From: Squalus acanthias
Taxonomy: Eukaryota
Length of the DNA: 64,000 nt
Assembly (NCBI GenBank): GCA_030390025.1
Contig: CM059432.1
Span: forward strand, 102,674,001-102,738,000
Direction of reading: 5' to 3'
Shown in pieces: positions 25,429 to 37,246 of this stretch. The first letter of the stretch is position 1, and each line of letters starts with the position of its first letter. Made by a program: the position numbers and the translations under genes. The notes beneath the pieces were generated by a model. It was not told the origin of the DNA. It made no database searches and saw only the letters and a program-made list of their open reading frames with translations.

Positions 25429-27035
25429 ATGGAGAGGGTGAGAGAACGAGCTCAGCGCTTCACCGAGCGGGCCTTGGATGCTCTGGTTGGCGCGGTGGAG
25501 CGCAGAAGATGTATACTCTTCCCTGAGAGTGGCAGGAGGCCTTTGCCACGCGAGTACAGAAGAGTGTGGAGGGAGGTGACTCAGAGCGTCTCCTCCAGGA
25601 GCATGGTGCCCAGGACCCATGTTCAATGCCGCAAAAAGTTCAACGACCTCACTCGGGTCGTCAGGGTGAGTGGCTTTTTCTCAATACCTCTCCATCCCTC
25701 CATCTCAACCTCACTCTATGGCCAGAGGGTCTTAAAACCCCAATGCACAACACTCATCCAACACCTATGGCCCTTTCATGAAACACACACACACATTCCA
25801 CACTTTGCATACAGTAAGGGCTATTCACCTATGGGAGGCACATCAGGCAAGACCATGGCTGTATATTTACTCAGATGCTGTCCTTTTACTTGCAGGCCAA
25901 GCTGGCGCATAATAGGAGACAGCAGCAACGGACAGGTGGAGGGCGGCCTCAGCTGCAACCCCTCAGCGATCTTGAGGAGCGCGTCCACAGGATTGTGGCA
26001 AGCCGGGTGATCGGTCCCGTCGCCACTGGAGACGCCGACCCCGTTCTGGACAGCAATGGTAAGGTTATCACCTTTTTGTCCTCTGTCCTTCCAGTTGTCC
26101 CTCTCAACACCAGCCTTTGACACTTTCAATCCAACTTGCTAACTCGCTGCACTTATTCCTCCCTTACTGCCACCCTGTCCTCACGCTAAAGCCACTCTTG
26201 TACCTCCCTGCTTTCAGATGGTGATTCACCAGCTGAGGAGACGGGCCCTGAAGCTGCCAGTGGGAGTGAAGCTGCAGCCGAGGAGGAAGAGGAAGCCGGA
26301 GCATCCGTGCCACCCTCTCCCGAGGAAGCCCATGCCCACACTGGGAACACGCCTTCCCTGGTGGGGAGCAGGGGGGAAGGGTCTGATGAGGGTGAAGCTC
26401 CAGGACCCAGCGGGCTGCAGGAACGCCATGGGGTAAGGGAAGAACGGGGGCCTTCTCCCCAGAGGGAGAGTATGCCAGCGACTCCTACTGCAATGGACGC
26501 AGAGGAGGAGCGGCTGATCGCAGAAATGAACACCCAGGTGGTGGGCATGCACACTGAGCTCATGGGTGCAGTGGGAAGGGTGCCCGAATGCATTGAGTCA
26601 CTGGCAAGGAGTGTGGAGCACTTCGCTGTAGCACAGGCGGATGCCACACTAAAGCTTAGTGCTGCAATTCAGTCACTGACTGCCGTGATCCCATCTCTGA
26701 CTACTCTCATGCAGACTCAGATTGAGGCCACGCGAGCACTGACTGCTGCCAACCTCGATGGTTCGTTCACATGTCCCCGGGGCTCTCACCGCGTCGCAGC
26801 AGGCCAGCAATCTGTGCTCCAGCAGATTGCTCCGGATGCTGAAGTGCTGCCCCGTGGGAGTGCCAGTGTGTCGGGCGAGCAGGGAGTTGCTGTCCTCTCT
26901 CACGATGACAGCATTCCTGCTGTCAACACTGTCACTTCTCCACTGCACTTGCCACCGCCTGTAGGACAGACTGCTGCCGCCCATGCAGAGTTGGTGCAGT
27001 CTGCAGCCGGGCCCTCCAGGCCCAGAACTGGTTGA
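25429..27035 (+). CDS. Harbinger Myb/SANT (MADF/trihelix-like) DNA-binding protein; 3 predicted exons 25429-25665, 25896-26058, 26218-27035 (about 405 aa)
   Basis: RAQRFTERALDALV...VWREVTQSV...RTHVQCRKKFNDL. GT-AG introns with compatible phases. Exon 2 reads AKLAHNRRQQQRTGGG. Confidence 0.8.
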
Positions 27036-27506
27036 GGCCGTCCTTCAGGGGCATCTGCAGTGTCAGGGTCTGACAATCTGCAGCCTTCCACCAGCCTTGC
27101 TGCAGCCACTGAGGTCCCATTACAGAGGAGCAGTAGGGTTAGAAGGGGGGAAGTGTGCAAGGGAAGGAGATCACCCTCGAAGGGCAAAAAGTAGGAGGTG
27201 TGACAAAATGCTGGTCATTTTTTTATTAAAGGCCGAGGTTCGTGGTCCAACTTTTGTCTAGTGTTTTGGACATTATCTCCAGGTTGTGAGAACCAGTTAT
27301 GTTAATGACTGTTTTTTTGTGTTTATTTCTATGAGTTTGTCATGAGGAAATGACACACACAGAGTTTGTAAAATAAATAAGTTTTTGTATTCAAAATATA
27401 CATGTTTGGTGTTTGGAATCATTGGTGCCTTGGCCGGCTTAGGGGTTGCGTGCTGGGTTCATTGATGTTGTTAGCAATGGCAGAAGCCATTTCCACAGCA
27501 GGGGCC

Positions 27507-28667
27507 CTAGAAGCGGCTTGCTATCAGCCGTTGACGGACGGCTCTTGCAGTTTCACCATTGTGGGCCGCCCTCCAGCCTTGGTGCTGCTGATGATCATCC
27601 TCCTCGTCCTCTTCCTCCTCTTCCTCCTCCTCCTCTGGTGGTGCTCCAAGGCCTGGTGGCATTGGCTGGGTCCTGACGATTGCCATGTTATGCAACATGC
27701 AGCACACAACTACGAAGTTGGATACTCGCTCAGGCGAGTACTGCAGGGCTCCTCCAGAATGGTCGAGACAGCGGAACCGTTGCTTCAGCACGCCGATTGT
27801 GCACTCAATGATGTTCCTGGTAGCTTGATGGCTCTCGTTGTACCGCAGCTCAGCAGGGGTGTTGGGCGTACGGAGCGGTGTCATCAGCCAGGTGCTCAAT
27901 GGATACCCCTTGTCCCCGAGAAGCCAACCAACTGGCTGATGCGGTGCCTCGAAAAGTTCTGCCACAGTAGTCTGGCGCAGGATGAAAGCATCGTGACAAC
28001 TGCCAGGATAGTGGGCATTGACAGCGAGTATCAGCTGTCTGTGGTCACAGACCAACTGAACATTGAAGGAATGGAACCCCTTTCTGTTCCGGAATTCCTC
28101 GGCATTCTCATGTGGAGCACGCAAAGCCACATGCGTGCAGTCAATGGCGCCCTGCACCATGGGGAAGCCCGCTATCCTCGCAAAGCCCAGAGCGCGGTCA
28201 CGCTGCTTGTCTGGGGTCATGGGGAAAGAGATGAACTCTCGTCTCCTTTTAAAGAGGGCATTTGTGACCTGCCGGATGCAGCAATGCACCGCGAACTGGG
28301 AGATATTGGTGAGGTCCCCAGCAGCAGCTTGAAATGAGCCAGTAGCATAGAAGTTGAGAGCCACTGTGACCTTCACTGCCACCGACAGAGACGTCCTGGA
28401 CCTCAGTTGAGGCTGCAGATCTGGCTGCAGCAGGTGGCAGAGCTCAGTGACCACCTCCTTGCTGAATCGCAGCCTTCGCAAACACAGCTCCTCAGACATA
28501 TGAATGTAGGAGAGCTGTTCACGATATACCCTGGGAGGGTAAGCTCTCCTGTACATACGCCTGTTGGCCCTCCTCCGTCTGGCCATCATTGCTACTCTCT
28601 CTCTGCGTCTCTGTGTCCTCCGATTCACCTGGAGCAGGACGACGCCCCCAATCAGTGCAGCCCCCAT
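27507..28667 (-). CDS. Harbinger DDE transposase (HARBI1-like), uninterrupted, about 386 aa from MGAAL
   Basis: The catalytic motifs GAIDCTHV, LLGDKGY and RNIIECTIGVLKQRF, plus CCMLHN, lie in one open frame. Confidence 0.93.
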   Translation of the reverse strand: MGAALIGGVVLLQVNRRTQRRRERVAMMARRRRANRRMYRRAYPPRVYREQLSYIHMSEELCLRRLRFSKEVVTELCHLLQPDLQPQLRSRTSLSVAVKVTVALNFYATGSFQAAAGDLTNISQFAVHCCIRQVTNALFKRRREFISFPMTPDKQRDRALGFARIAGFPMVQGAIDCTHVALRAPHENAEEFRNRKGFHSFNVQLVCDHRQLILAVNAHYPGSCHDAFILRQTTVAELFEAPHQPVGWLLGDKGYPLSTWLMTPLRTPNTPAELRYNESHQATRNIIECTIGVLKQRFRCLDHSGGALQYSPERVSNFVVVCCMLHNMAIVRTQPMPPGLGAPPEEEEEEEEEDEEDDHQQHQGWRAAHNGETARAVRQRLIASRF

Positions 28668-29311
28668 AGTCTCTTTGCAAGCAAAGTTATGAAGGACAGC
28701 AACCAAAGTACCAGTGAAGTTAGGATCAGTAGGCAAAACTACCTCACACAGCGTTGACTCAATGCAGAAGTCTCTCTTTCTCTCTCTCCGAATCTCTCTC
28801 TCTCTCTCAGAACGAGTGGTGCAAAAATGTCAACCACAGAAAAAGACAGGAAGAGGCCCCCTTTAAATAGCGCCCCCCCCAGCCCCACAGCGATTGATAG
28901 CGTTCCAGTCTTCCGGTCGTTGGATGCGCCAGGCGGTAAGGCAGGGGGCGCCACTCAATTTCCGCTCTGGGGCACCACAAGGGCGTTGCACCATGGAATG
29001 ACGTCACAATCTGCGCGCGCAGGTGGTCGCGGCGGTAAAGTTTAGCACCGCCGCACAATGTCTAGTTAAGTTCCCGAGTGGCGCAAACATCGCTGCGCCC
29101 GGGCGCTAGCGGCTTTGCGCCCCATTAGCGCCCTCTTAAGGCGCTAACGGGAGGCGCAACCAACTGAATTTTTACCCCCAAAAGTCCAAACTCCATTTTG
29201 AAACGCAGCCCAAGTGCGTCTCCATTTTAAAAGGGTACAGCTCCATTTTAAAAGTCCAAACATCCTTCAGGCACATGCACCCAGTGATGTTGGCACCGGC
29301 CAAATCCTACA

Positions 29312-29322
29312 CCCCCCCTGTG
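29312..29322 (-). other. Polypurine tract
   Basis: Minus strand ...ACAGGGGGGG immediately precedes the TGTAGG start of the 3' LTR. Confidence 0.75.
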
Positions 29323-30134
29323 ATAATAACACCGTCAAACCTATGGCAGAATTATCACGCAACCAGTGTGTGTATGGAGGCCCCGGTATTTATTCAGACC
29401 AAACCAAACCTGCCTTCCTGGGAGTTTCCTAAACTAAAACAAACTGTTCCCAAAACTTGGACAACGAAACAGTTCCCTGAAAGTACAATGTCCCCAAATC
29501 TTTAAAACTCGTTACAAGGTGGAGACAGAAAAACCTGTTTCCCTGAATAATTTGTGACCACATTCATAACGATACAAGGGAAAAGATAAGTCGTTTTTCC
29601 CCACAGCATTTCTCAGAAATGAACTGAAAGCGGGTCCCCTCCCCCACCCCCGCCGGGTCCCCTCTCCCACAGCCTCCAATTTTAATTACACTCGACGACC
29701 AGGCTTCGGGCACCCTTGTACATTCCCGTAAATGCATTAAAACCCACGCAACAGTACCCGACGCAACATATACAACAGACTGGGTCGGCCCCGCCGGTCC
29801 ACCCGAGAACGCAGACATCCGACAGTACATCACACAACTCATTTATAGCAACGGTGAAACAGCTTGTGGAGTCCGGGGCCGATAATGCAGCAGCCTCAGC
29901 CACCGATCTCGAACTGCTTTCCCTCGTTGTCTGCAGGTCACAAAACAAAACATACAACAAACAAAACACCCGCAAACGCAACCTTAAAGAACGGAAAATG
30001 TACAAAGCTGGGCCTGCTGACCCCAGCCCTAGAGAGCCCCATGACCTACGTCCGGGGCCTCTTGTGGCTGACTGGGGGTGAGTAAGGTGGCGTCCACAGC
30101 GCCCTCAGCCGCCGGACTCGACTGCCCCTTCTTA

Positions 30135-31340
30135 CTACCCCTGATCGTCCGGTAGCGGGTCACCCTCATCCCACATTCCGGGTGTGAGACTCGTCTCAAT
30201 CATGCTCATAATTGTACCCTTGTGGCGTGTGGTTCCCTCCTTGGGCTTAAACTGCTTACACTGATTGATGTGGAACCAGTTTGTGCGCCTAGGGAGTTTT
30301 ATGGCATAGACCATAGGACTGGCTTTGTCCACAATTGCGTATGGTCCCATGTATAAAGGCTCAAACACCCCTACCCGAGCATAGTTACGGACCATGACTT
30401 GATCCCCTACCTCCCATTCGTATGTGTGCTGAGGCTCTAACAACAATTTGTTCTGGCGATGTTGTACCCCACGTTGTGGGCTGCCCGCCCGTAGACCTGT
30501 TTTAAGGTCGTGTACAAGTTCTGAACGAACTTATCCCGGTCGACCTCCTGGAGCTGAGACACAGTGAGGACCGGCACCAACACGTGGGTTGGGGTACGCA
30601 TGGTCCTCCCGGTCATTATCTCGTATGGGGAATACCCTGTGCTTCTGGAAGGGCTGGCCCGGACCCCATGAGGATCAGAGGCAGGACCTCGTCCCATGAC
30701 TTTGGGAACTGGCCCATCTCCTTCCTCAACCGTTCCTTCAGGGTCCGGTTCATGCGCTCCACAATCCCCGATGACTGGGGGTTGTGAGCCACATGCCACT
30801 TCCCTTCTATCCCCAAGAGCTTGAGGGGGGACTGCATGACCTGCCCCATAAAATGGCTCCCCTGGTCGGATTCCACTACTTGGGGCAGCCCCCACCTTGA
30901 GAACACTTCCTTGACCAGTATGCGAGCAGTGGCCAGGGCTGTAGCTGCCTGGCAAGGAAAAGCTTCCACCCACTTGGAGAACACATCCACCAGGACCAAG
31001 CAGTACTTATTCCCGGATTTTGTGGTGGGTAGGGGCCCAATAAAATCGATCTGCACCGATCGCCATGGTCCCTCTACCCTCCTGGTGTGTCCCAAAGGAG
31101 CTTTCCTGTGCTGAGGGTCGGGATTGTTAGCTGCACACACTAAACAATGTGTGCAGAAACCCCTTACATCCTCCCTTAGCTGCGGCCACCACCCTGCCTC
31201 TTCTACCCGCTGCCAAGTTGTCTCTGGTCCGAGGTGTCCCGCCCCGGGGCCCCCGTGAGCTCGCTGGAGAAAGTCCTCCCGATGCTGTACTGGGACCACC
31301 CACCGGTCCCCCTTAAACAACATCCCGTCCTTAACGCTGA
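30135..31340 (-). pseudogene. Integrase (HHCC, DDE core, GPY/F C-terminus), frameshifted
   Basis: HGGPGAGH...CTHCLVC, QIDFIGPLP, ESDQGSHF, SSGIVERMNRTLKE and PLYMGPYAIV. Confidence 0.93.
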
Positions 31341-33436
31341 TGTCAGCAGCGCAAAAGGGACTTTCTATTACCTCCCCCTTCTCCCTACCTAGTAGGACGG
31401 CCTTGAGAATGGGGTCCTGTGCCTGTGCCTGTTTAAGGTCAGGGGCTAGAGCGATCCCTGGTGTGCCTCCCCTGTCCCGGATGGCTGCTACCGGGGCCGC
31501 TTTCCCCGGATCCCACAGGGTTCCCTCTCTAGCTCCCTTCTTTGCTAATTCGTCTGCCCTCTGGTTCCCCTCCCCATGGGGTTCTGTCTTAGAATGGGCC
31601 TTTACCTTGTGGATGTAATAATCCCCTCTATTCTGTGGCCTCTAAGATTTTGTGGAGCAACCATGCTGTGGCCAGGGGTCTCCCGTCGGCGGATTTAAAC
31701 CCTCATCTTGCCCAGATTGCCAAATATTCAGTGCAAGAGTTGTACGTGAACATTGAATCCGAGCAAATGGTATATGGAGGGGGGAACTCTTCGGGGTGGG
31801 TCACCACGTAGGCCACGGCTGCCACTTCGGCGTGCTGAGCGCTCATGGTGCTGGGGAGTTTTATGACCTTCTCCACCTGAGCAGTCGGGTCATAAATCCC
31901 GCAACCTGTGAGCTGCTCCCCATTGGACACGGTACTGGAACCATCCATGTAGATGTCCCGGCCCGTTGGGTGTATCCCGGCCCTGAGTCCCTCCTCCACG
32001 TCCCATACCCCTTCCACTGTGCATGTGTGCGCCGTCCCGGGGTACACCATGTTTCCTACAAGTTTCGGCTCAGTCAACCCCTGCACTCTGAGATTAAGCT
32101 GCGAGAGCAGTAGGGTCCAGCGAGCAATGCGGGCACTGCTCACTGTCCCGTCCTTAATCCGCCCATCCAAAAGCATCTGGGTTGGCATGAGATGCGTTAG
32201 GAGAACTAGCGGGGAGGATCCCGTGAAGAGCTGCGAGCGCTTCACGGCCCAATGCGTGGCTAAAAGGTGCCTTTCGCAATTGGAGTATCCTCTCTCCACA
32301 TCTGTGAGCACCCTGGAGGAGTACACCACAGGTCTCAGCTTGCCCTGTCGCTCCTGGAGCAACACCGAGCTCAAGCTGTCCCCGCTGGCTGCTACCTCTG
32401 GAGAGAACTCTTCCCCCTGGTTAATCGCACCCAACGCAGGTGCGGTTTGGAGGTCCCTTTTTAGCTGGGTGAATGCGGCCTGGCAGTTGGAATTCCACTC
32501 CCATTCGACTCCCATGTGGAGGAGCCGAAGTAAAGGGGCTGCTGTGGCTGCATATCCCTCGATGAAATCCCGGCAGTACCCTGTGAGCTCCAGAAAAGAC
32601 CTCACCCCTGACACCGTCTTGGGGGCTGGGAGCTCCTGTACTGCCTTTCGACGGGCATCATCGATCGCCCTTTCCCCTGCTCGGACAGTCAGCCCGAGAA
32701 ATTTTACTTCCTTCTGACCGACCTGAGTCTTCTTTGGGTTGACTTTGAAACCCGCATCCCTGAGTAACTTCAGCTGCTCGCTCAGCAGTGGCCCGTGCTC
32801 CTCCTTATCACTAAAGAGGAGAATGTCGCCCACATACTGAACAATCTGCTGGGGCTGGCTAAAATTCTTCAGAGCATTAGCCATGCTCTGATGGAAGATG
32901 GAGGGGCTGTTATGAAACCCCTGGGGAAGACACGTCCAAGTATACTGTTGGCCCTTAAATGTAAAGGCGAACTTATACTGGTCTTCCCGTCGAAGGGGAA
33001 TCAACCAGAACCCATTTGAAATATCCAGCACCGAGAACGTGGTCGCGGTGGCTGGAATATTTTCAATTAGGTCCGCTACAGCCGCGACTGTGGGCGCGCA
33101 GGCTGGGATATTATTGTTGAGGACCCGATAGTCCACCGTGGCTCTCCATGACCCGTCAGGTTTCTTGACCAGCCAAAGGGGAGAGTTCACATGGGTGGCA
33201 ATCGGCCTCAACACACGCTGCTTTACCAGGGAACCCAGTGCCGTCTCCAAGTCTGCCTCCGCTTCCCTGGGAAAACTATACTGTTTTTGGGGCCTAGACA
33301 TGGGATCCCCATCTACTCTAACCTCTACCCCTGTCACCCGTCCGCAGTCGTGCTTGTGGGTGGCGAAAGCATCTAAATTGCTCCGCACCTCTGCCTGGTA
33401 CTGGAGCGGGGTGTTACTTACCAAAACCTCTAGGTC
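31341..33436 (-). pseudogene. pol: reverse transcriptase, degenerate RNase H (tether) and a second RNase H
   Basis: RT: VLDISNGF, YTWTCLPQGFHNSP, YVGD (decayed YVDD). Tether: EVAASGD...RPVVYSSRVL...ERHLLA. Second RH: IYMDGSS, SAQHAE, ICSDS, then KVKAH...GNQRADELAK after a stop and frameshift. Confidence 0.92.
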
Positions 33437-33907
33437 TTAACTACCCCAGGGCTTCATGCTGCAGATGCTCCCTCGTCCCCACTTGTCTCTGGGTATTACC
33501 ACTACCTCATCCACCTTATCGGAACCCACTGCTCCCCACAAGCAATGGTTCCTAAAATCTACAATGATTTTGTGAGCCAACATGAAGTCGGACCCAAGGA
33601 CTCCCCACCCGGGCTGATCCCATTTCATGAGAACGCATTCCCATTTAGTGGTGAGGGAACCTAGCTTAATGGTAAGGGGAGTGGACCTTGCTCCCGCCTG
33701 CTCATCCCCGGTGAACCCCATCAAACTGAAGGGGACTTTACTGGACCAGGGTGAATTGGCCGGGTCCTTGGAATGGATCGCCGTGCTCGAGGCTCCGGTG
33801 TCCACCAGGTACTTCTCCGTGACCGTTTCCACCCCCATCCGCACACAGGGCCTGCCCCACTCATCGTAGATGAGCAGGCACAGGTACTCAGGCTGAGCGT
33901 GCTCTAG
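33437..33907 (-). pseudogene. Retroviral-type aspartic protease
   Basis: YLVDTGAS and VLGSDF. In frame with both gag and pol. Confidence 0.9.
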
Positions 33908-36900
33908 TCAGGGTGACGGGGGACCCACTGGAGCGCTCGGTATGACCTCGCTGACTGCAACATCAAGTCTACCGGTGCCCTTGCCCATCACCGTACGGAG
34001 GGCAGCCACTAGGACCTCATATCCTGACTGCTGGCTGGTGTCCCTCGTGTCGGTGTTTGGGGACTTCTTCCGGGGAGGCCCTCCTCGGCCGGGTACCCCT
34101 TTCTGGGTTGGACACTCCCACCTCCAATGCCCCATCTGTCCACACTGAAAACAAGCTTTTGACCCACTAGTGTGGGGCCCTTCCTGACGCCATTCCTTCC
34201 TTTCCCCCTTACCGGCCTTCATCTCACTGACCCTGCCCCGTTGCATTGCCTCCTCCCCACCCAGGGACTTGAAAGCCATGGTGAGCTTTCTAAGCACCCC
34301 GGCCTCGGTGTTAGCGAGGTCCTCGGCATTGAACCAGGCGTCGGCCTTGTCTCGAATACCTGGGAGGCTTTTCGCAACCAGGGTCCTTAACTAGTAATTA
34401 CGGACCTCCCCTAGCAGTTGCGCTCGGTCCGGTTTGCCCACCATGGCCTTAGCGTAGACGGGCCAGAGCCTGTCGGCAAACGCAATCAGCGCTTCTCTGG
34501 GCATCTGCAGCGTATTCTCAACTAGGGAAAATGGACTTCCCTGTGTATGGCCCATGGCTCATAGGATTTCCTCCTTGAGCCCCACTAAAGTGCCTCATCC
34601 CGACTTAAAGGCTTTGGTATAGTGTCCCTTCTAGGGAGAATAAAAGTAACTTATGCGTTTCTGCATCGTTACACTCGTTTAAGCCCCCTATCTGTTCTAC
34701 CTTAGCAAAATGGACTGCGGGGTCCCCTTTGATGCTAAGTTTTGTCAGCCCTGTAAAATTTCGCAATTATCGCGATTCAAAATAACACAAGAGAAGCAGA
34801 TTCGTTTGATCAGTTTTATGAAACGAAATGCTGTCCTGATAATAAAGGACACAGAAGCCTGTAAGATGGCCGCCGCGCATCGTGGCAGAAGCTTCCAGAA
34901 TTACAGTGGGCAGACAAGATGGCGTCGAATAAACATTTAATGTAAGATTGGATCATACTCGGTAAACATTGATAAAGACAGGATGCAACCTGTTTGCATT
35001 TGGAACAATAGCAAAGATATAAGTGCTGGAATCATTTTCCATGCACAAGTAAGGACCATTGTACTGGGCGATCGAAGGCCCATCCAGACACATCAATACA
35101 CAAATACCCCCCCGGCTCTACAATGAGAGAGACATTGACAGGTGATTAAGCAAGTATTCGGGGGGCCCCAAAACCAGTCAGGGAGACGATTCATACACAT
35201 CCTGGCTGGGTCAACAATGGGGAAAACATTAATGGATAGTTGGCCAGTTTCAGGTGCTACCAAAACCCGTTAAAGAGAAGAATCGCCCCATGCTGGGAGT
35301 TTTGAGCGCCAATATTACACAAAGGACAAACATTAAGATTTGAGCGGGAGATAAGGGAACACATCACTATAACTATAGTGAACAAATGTCCATCTCCCTC
35401 TCTTATTCGCTTGCTGCTTCATGGACTCGCTCGATCGCTGGCTGAAGCTCTTCCTTCGGGCTGGACTTTGTTGACTCTTGACTTTTAGCCGTACTGGTCG
35501 GTTATTCGAATGTTGGGTGGAGCTCAATCGGAACGAGCCGCCCCGACAAGGGCAAGTAACAGTGTGCACCATCCTGAGTGTCGGTAAACGGTGTCTGGAC
35601 CCGGAGGCCCGAAGAGACGAGACGAGACGAGAAGAAGAGGAGAAGAATCCACGTGCCGCCACAGTCAGTAAACCCCGACCGCGCCCGAAAATATAAATAA
35701 AGAACTTTTCATTGAAGTCTACCGACAACCGGTGTCGAGCACAGGAAGACTCTTCTTTGAATTTTACAAACGTTTCCGAGTTCTGTCGAGTTCTTCATGA
35801 CAACAGGGAGTCTGGCCTGCTTGTCGCAGCAGCGAAAATAAACAAGTGGGGTACAGAGACCCTTCCAAACACGTGACAGTCAGGCGCTGCAGCGAAACGA
35901 GCCGAGTGCCTCACTTTAAAATTCTCCGAAGTAACACGAGTGGTGAGCATGTTTCCCGATCCTACAAATCTAGACGTAGTGTAGGCATTGTTAAGGGAGG
36001 GTGGTTTTATTAAGGTTAAAGTATAATGTGTTCCCCTTTTTACGATGTGCCGTGCGTTCTTCATTTCCATAGACCAAGCTTTATGAATGTATGTATACTT
36101 GTACTCTCGTTAATTTGCGCCTATGACATGTAGTTCATGATTTTGGACGCTATGCAATAAAGATTTCCATTTCGTACTATTCAACCGGGTCTATTTGAGT
36201 TTTCTCTGCATTACTGCTCCCTGCACCTAAGTCCAGTGTTAGAACCGTAAGGGCGAGTGGGTCGAACCACTCACAGGTGCTTATTGCAAAAAGGCTGGCT
36301 GGAGACCAGAGCAAGCAATAGTATTAGGCAACGAAGGCCTAACCTCGCACCAGCACCGTCTCTGAGAGACACGTTCCAAACCCTTACAGCCCCTCCACCA
36401 TCATTTGGAGCTGAGGAGTCATGAACGGGACCACGTAGTCATTTTGGAGCAGGCCCTCATCACCGTTGGGTGCCGGCGGACCATACCTCTGCTGCCGCAA
36501 TGGACACATGGGTCCCGGTTGCTCCCTGCCCACTGGTGGAGCTACTTCCTCCTGTACTGCTACCGGCACTTCTGCTGGGGGCCTATCCTCTTCCCAGTCT
36601 AACTGGGATCCACCTGGCGCCATTAAACACACCATGCCTCTAGCCCCAGCCAAAGCCCTTTGTAGCTTCCTGATCTTTTCCTCGCACTGATCGTGACTAC
36701 AATCCTCAAACCCCTACTTCTTGCTACCCTGTAGGCGGTTTTGATATCATTATACTGGCTCTCTAGCCCTTCAGCTTTCGCTGCTAAATGGCAGTTTTCC
36801 TCCCGGAGAATTTGTTCATTGTGCTTGGCCTCTGTTACTTGGCACTGTAGATACTCCCCAGCCATCCGGGAAGATACTTCTACAGCCCTCCTTTCCTACT

Positions 36901-37237
36901 TTTCTAGAGCTAATTCCCCCACCAACTGCCGACCCACTATACCCCGTGCGTCTGATTCCCTTTCAGACTCCTCCAGCTGCCCCTGAAGCCTGTTTACCTG
37001 CTTCCTTAACAGCTGAATCTGTTTTTGCAAGCATATGAGCCAAATTGCCTTTTCTTTGGACTTCTTATGCTCCTTTCCCCCTGTCCACTCAGCTGCCCTA
37101 TCCTGAGGACTGTCTGAGTGTAACATGTCCAGCACCCACTGCTGGGACATGTTAATTTTGGTGAACACATAGGACGCGATCCTATCTTCCAAACCTGACC
37201 GAACCGTTTCAACCTTAGAGTCATTTGGACTACCCAT
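33908..37237 (-). pseudogene. gag (coiled-coil-like N-terminus, CCHC zinc knuckle), frameshifted and interrupted by a solo LTR
   Basis: ATG just downstream of the PBS, heptad-like LQKQIQLLRKQVNRLQGQLEE, and CFQCGQMGHWRWEC. Confidence 0.8.
34752..36388. mobile_element. Solo LTR of a different family inserted in gag (duplicated at 42508-44144)
   Basis: TGTAA...TTACA termini with a 4-bp TSD GCCC. The gag frame (MMVEG-LTKLS) rejoins across it. Confidence 0.85.
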
Positions 37238-37246
37238 GCCATCAAG

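Larger units (their letters stand above)
25071..29178. mobile_element. Full-length two-gene PIF/Harbinger transposon G, apparently autonomous
   Basis: TIRs GGGGGAAAAATT...AATTTTTACCCC, 3-bp TSD CAA, and convergent Myb/SANT and transposase genes. Confidence 0.95.
21786..29311 (-). repeat. 3' LTR (about 1.49 kb net: 21786-22252, 24180-25070, 29182-29311), interrupted by a CR1 and Harbinger G
   Basis: Matches 45025-45999, 50515-50878 and 51778-51906. TG...CA ends. Minus-strand TATAAAT at 24646-24652 and AATAAA at about 22174-22179. Confidence 0.85.

Noticed and set aside
27402..28337. 311-aa ORF on the + strand
   Set aside because: It is the antisense shadow of the GC-rich transposase CDS and has no recognisable motifs.
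27507..28667. Host HARBI1 gene
   Set aside because: It is bounded by TIRs and a TSD, paired with a Myb gene and inserted in an LTR, so it is a transposon copy rather than the domesticated gene.
31953..32717. 254-aa ORF on the + strand
   Set aside because: It is the antisense shadow of pol.
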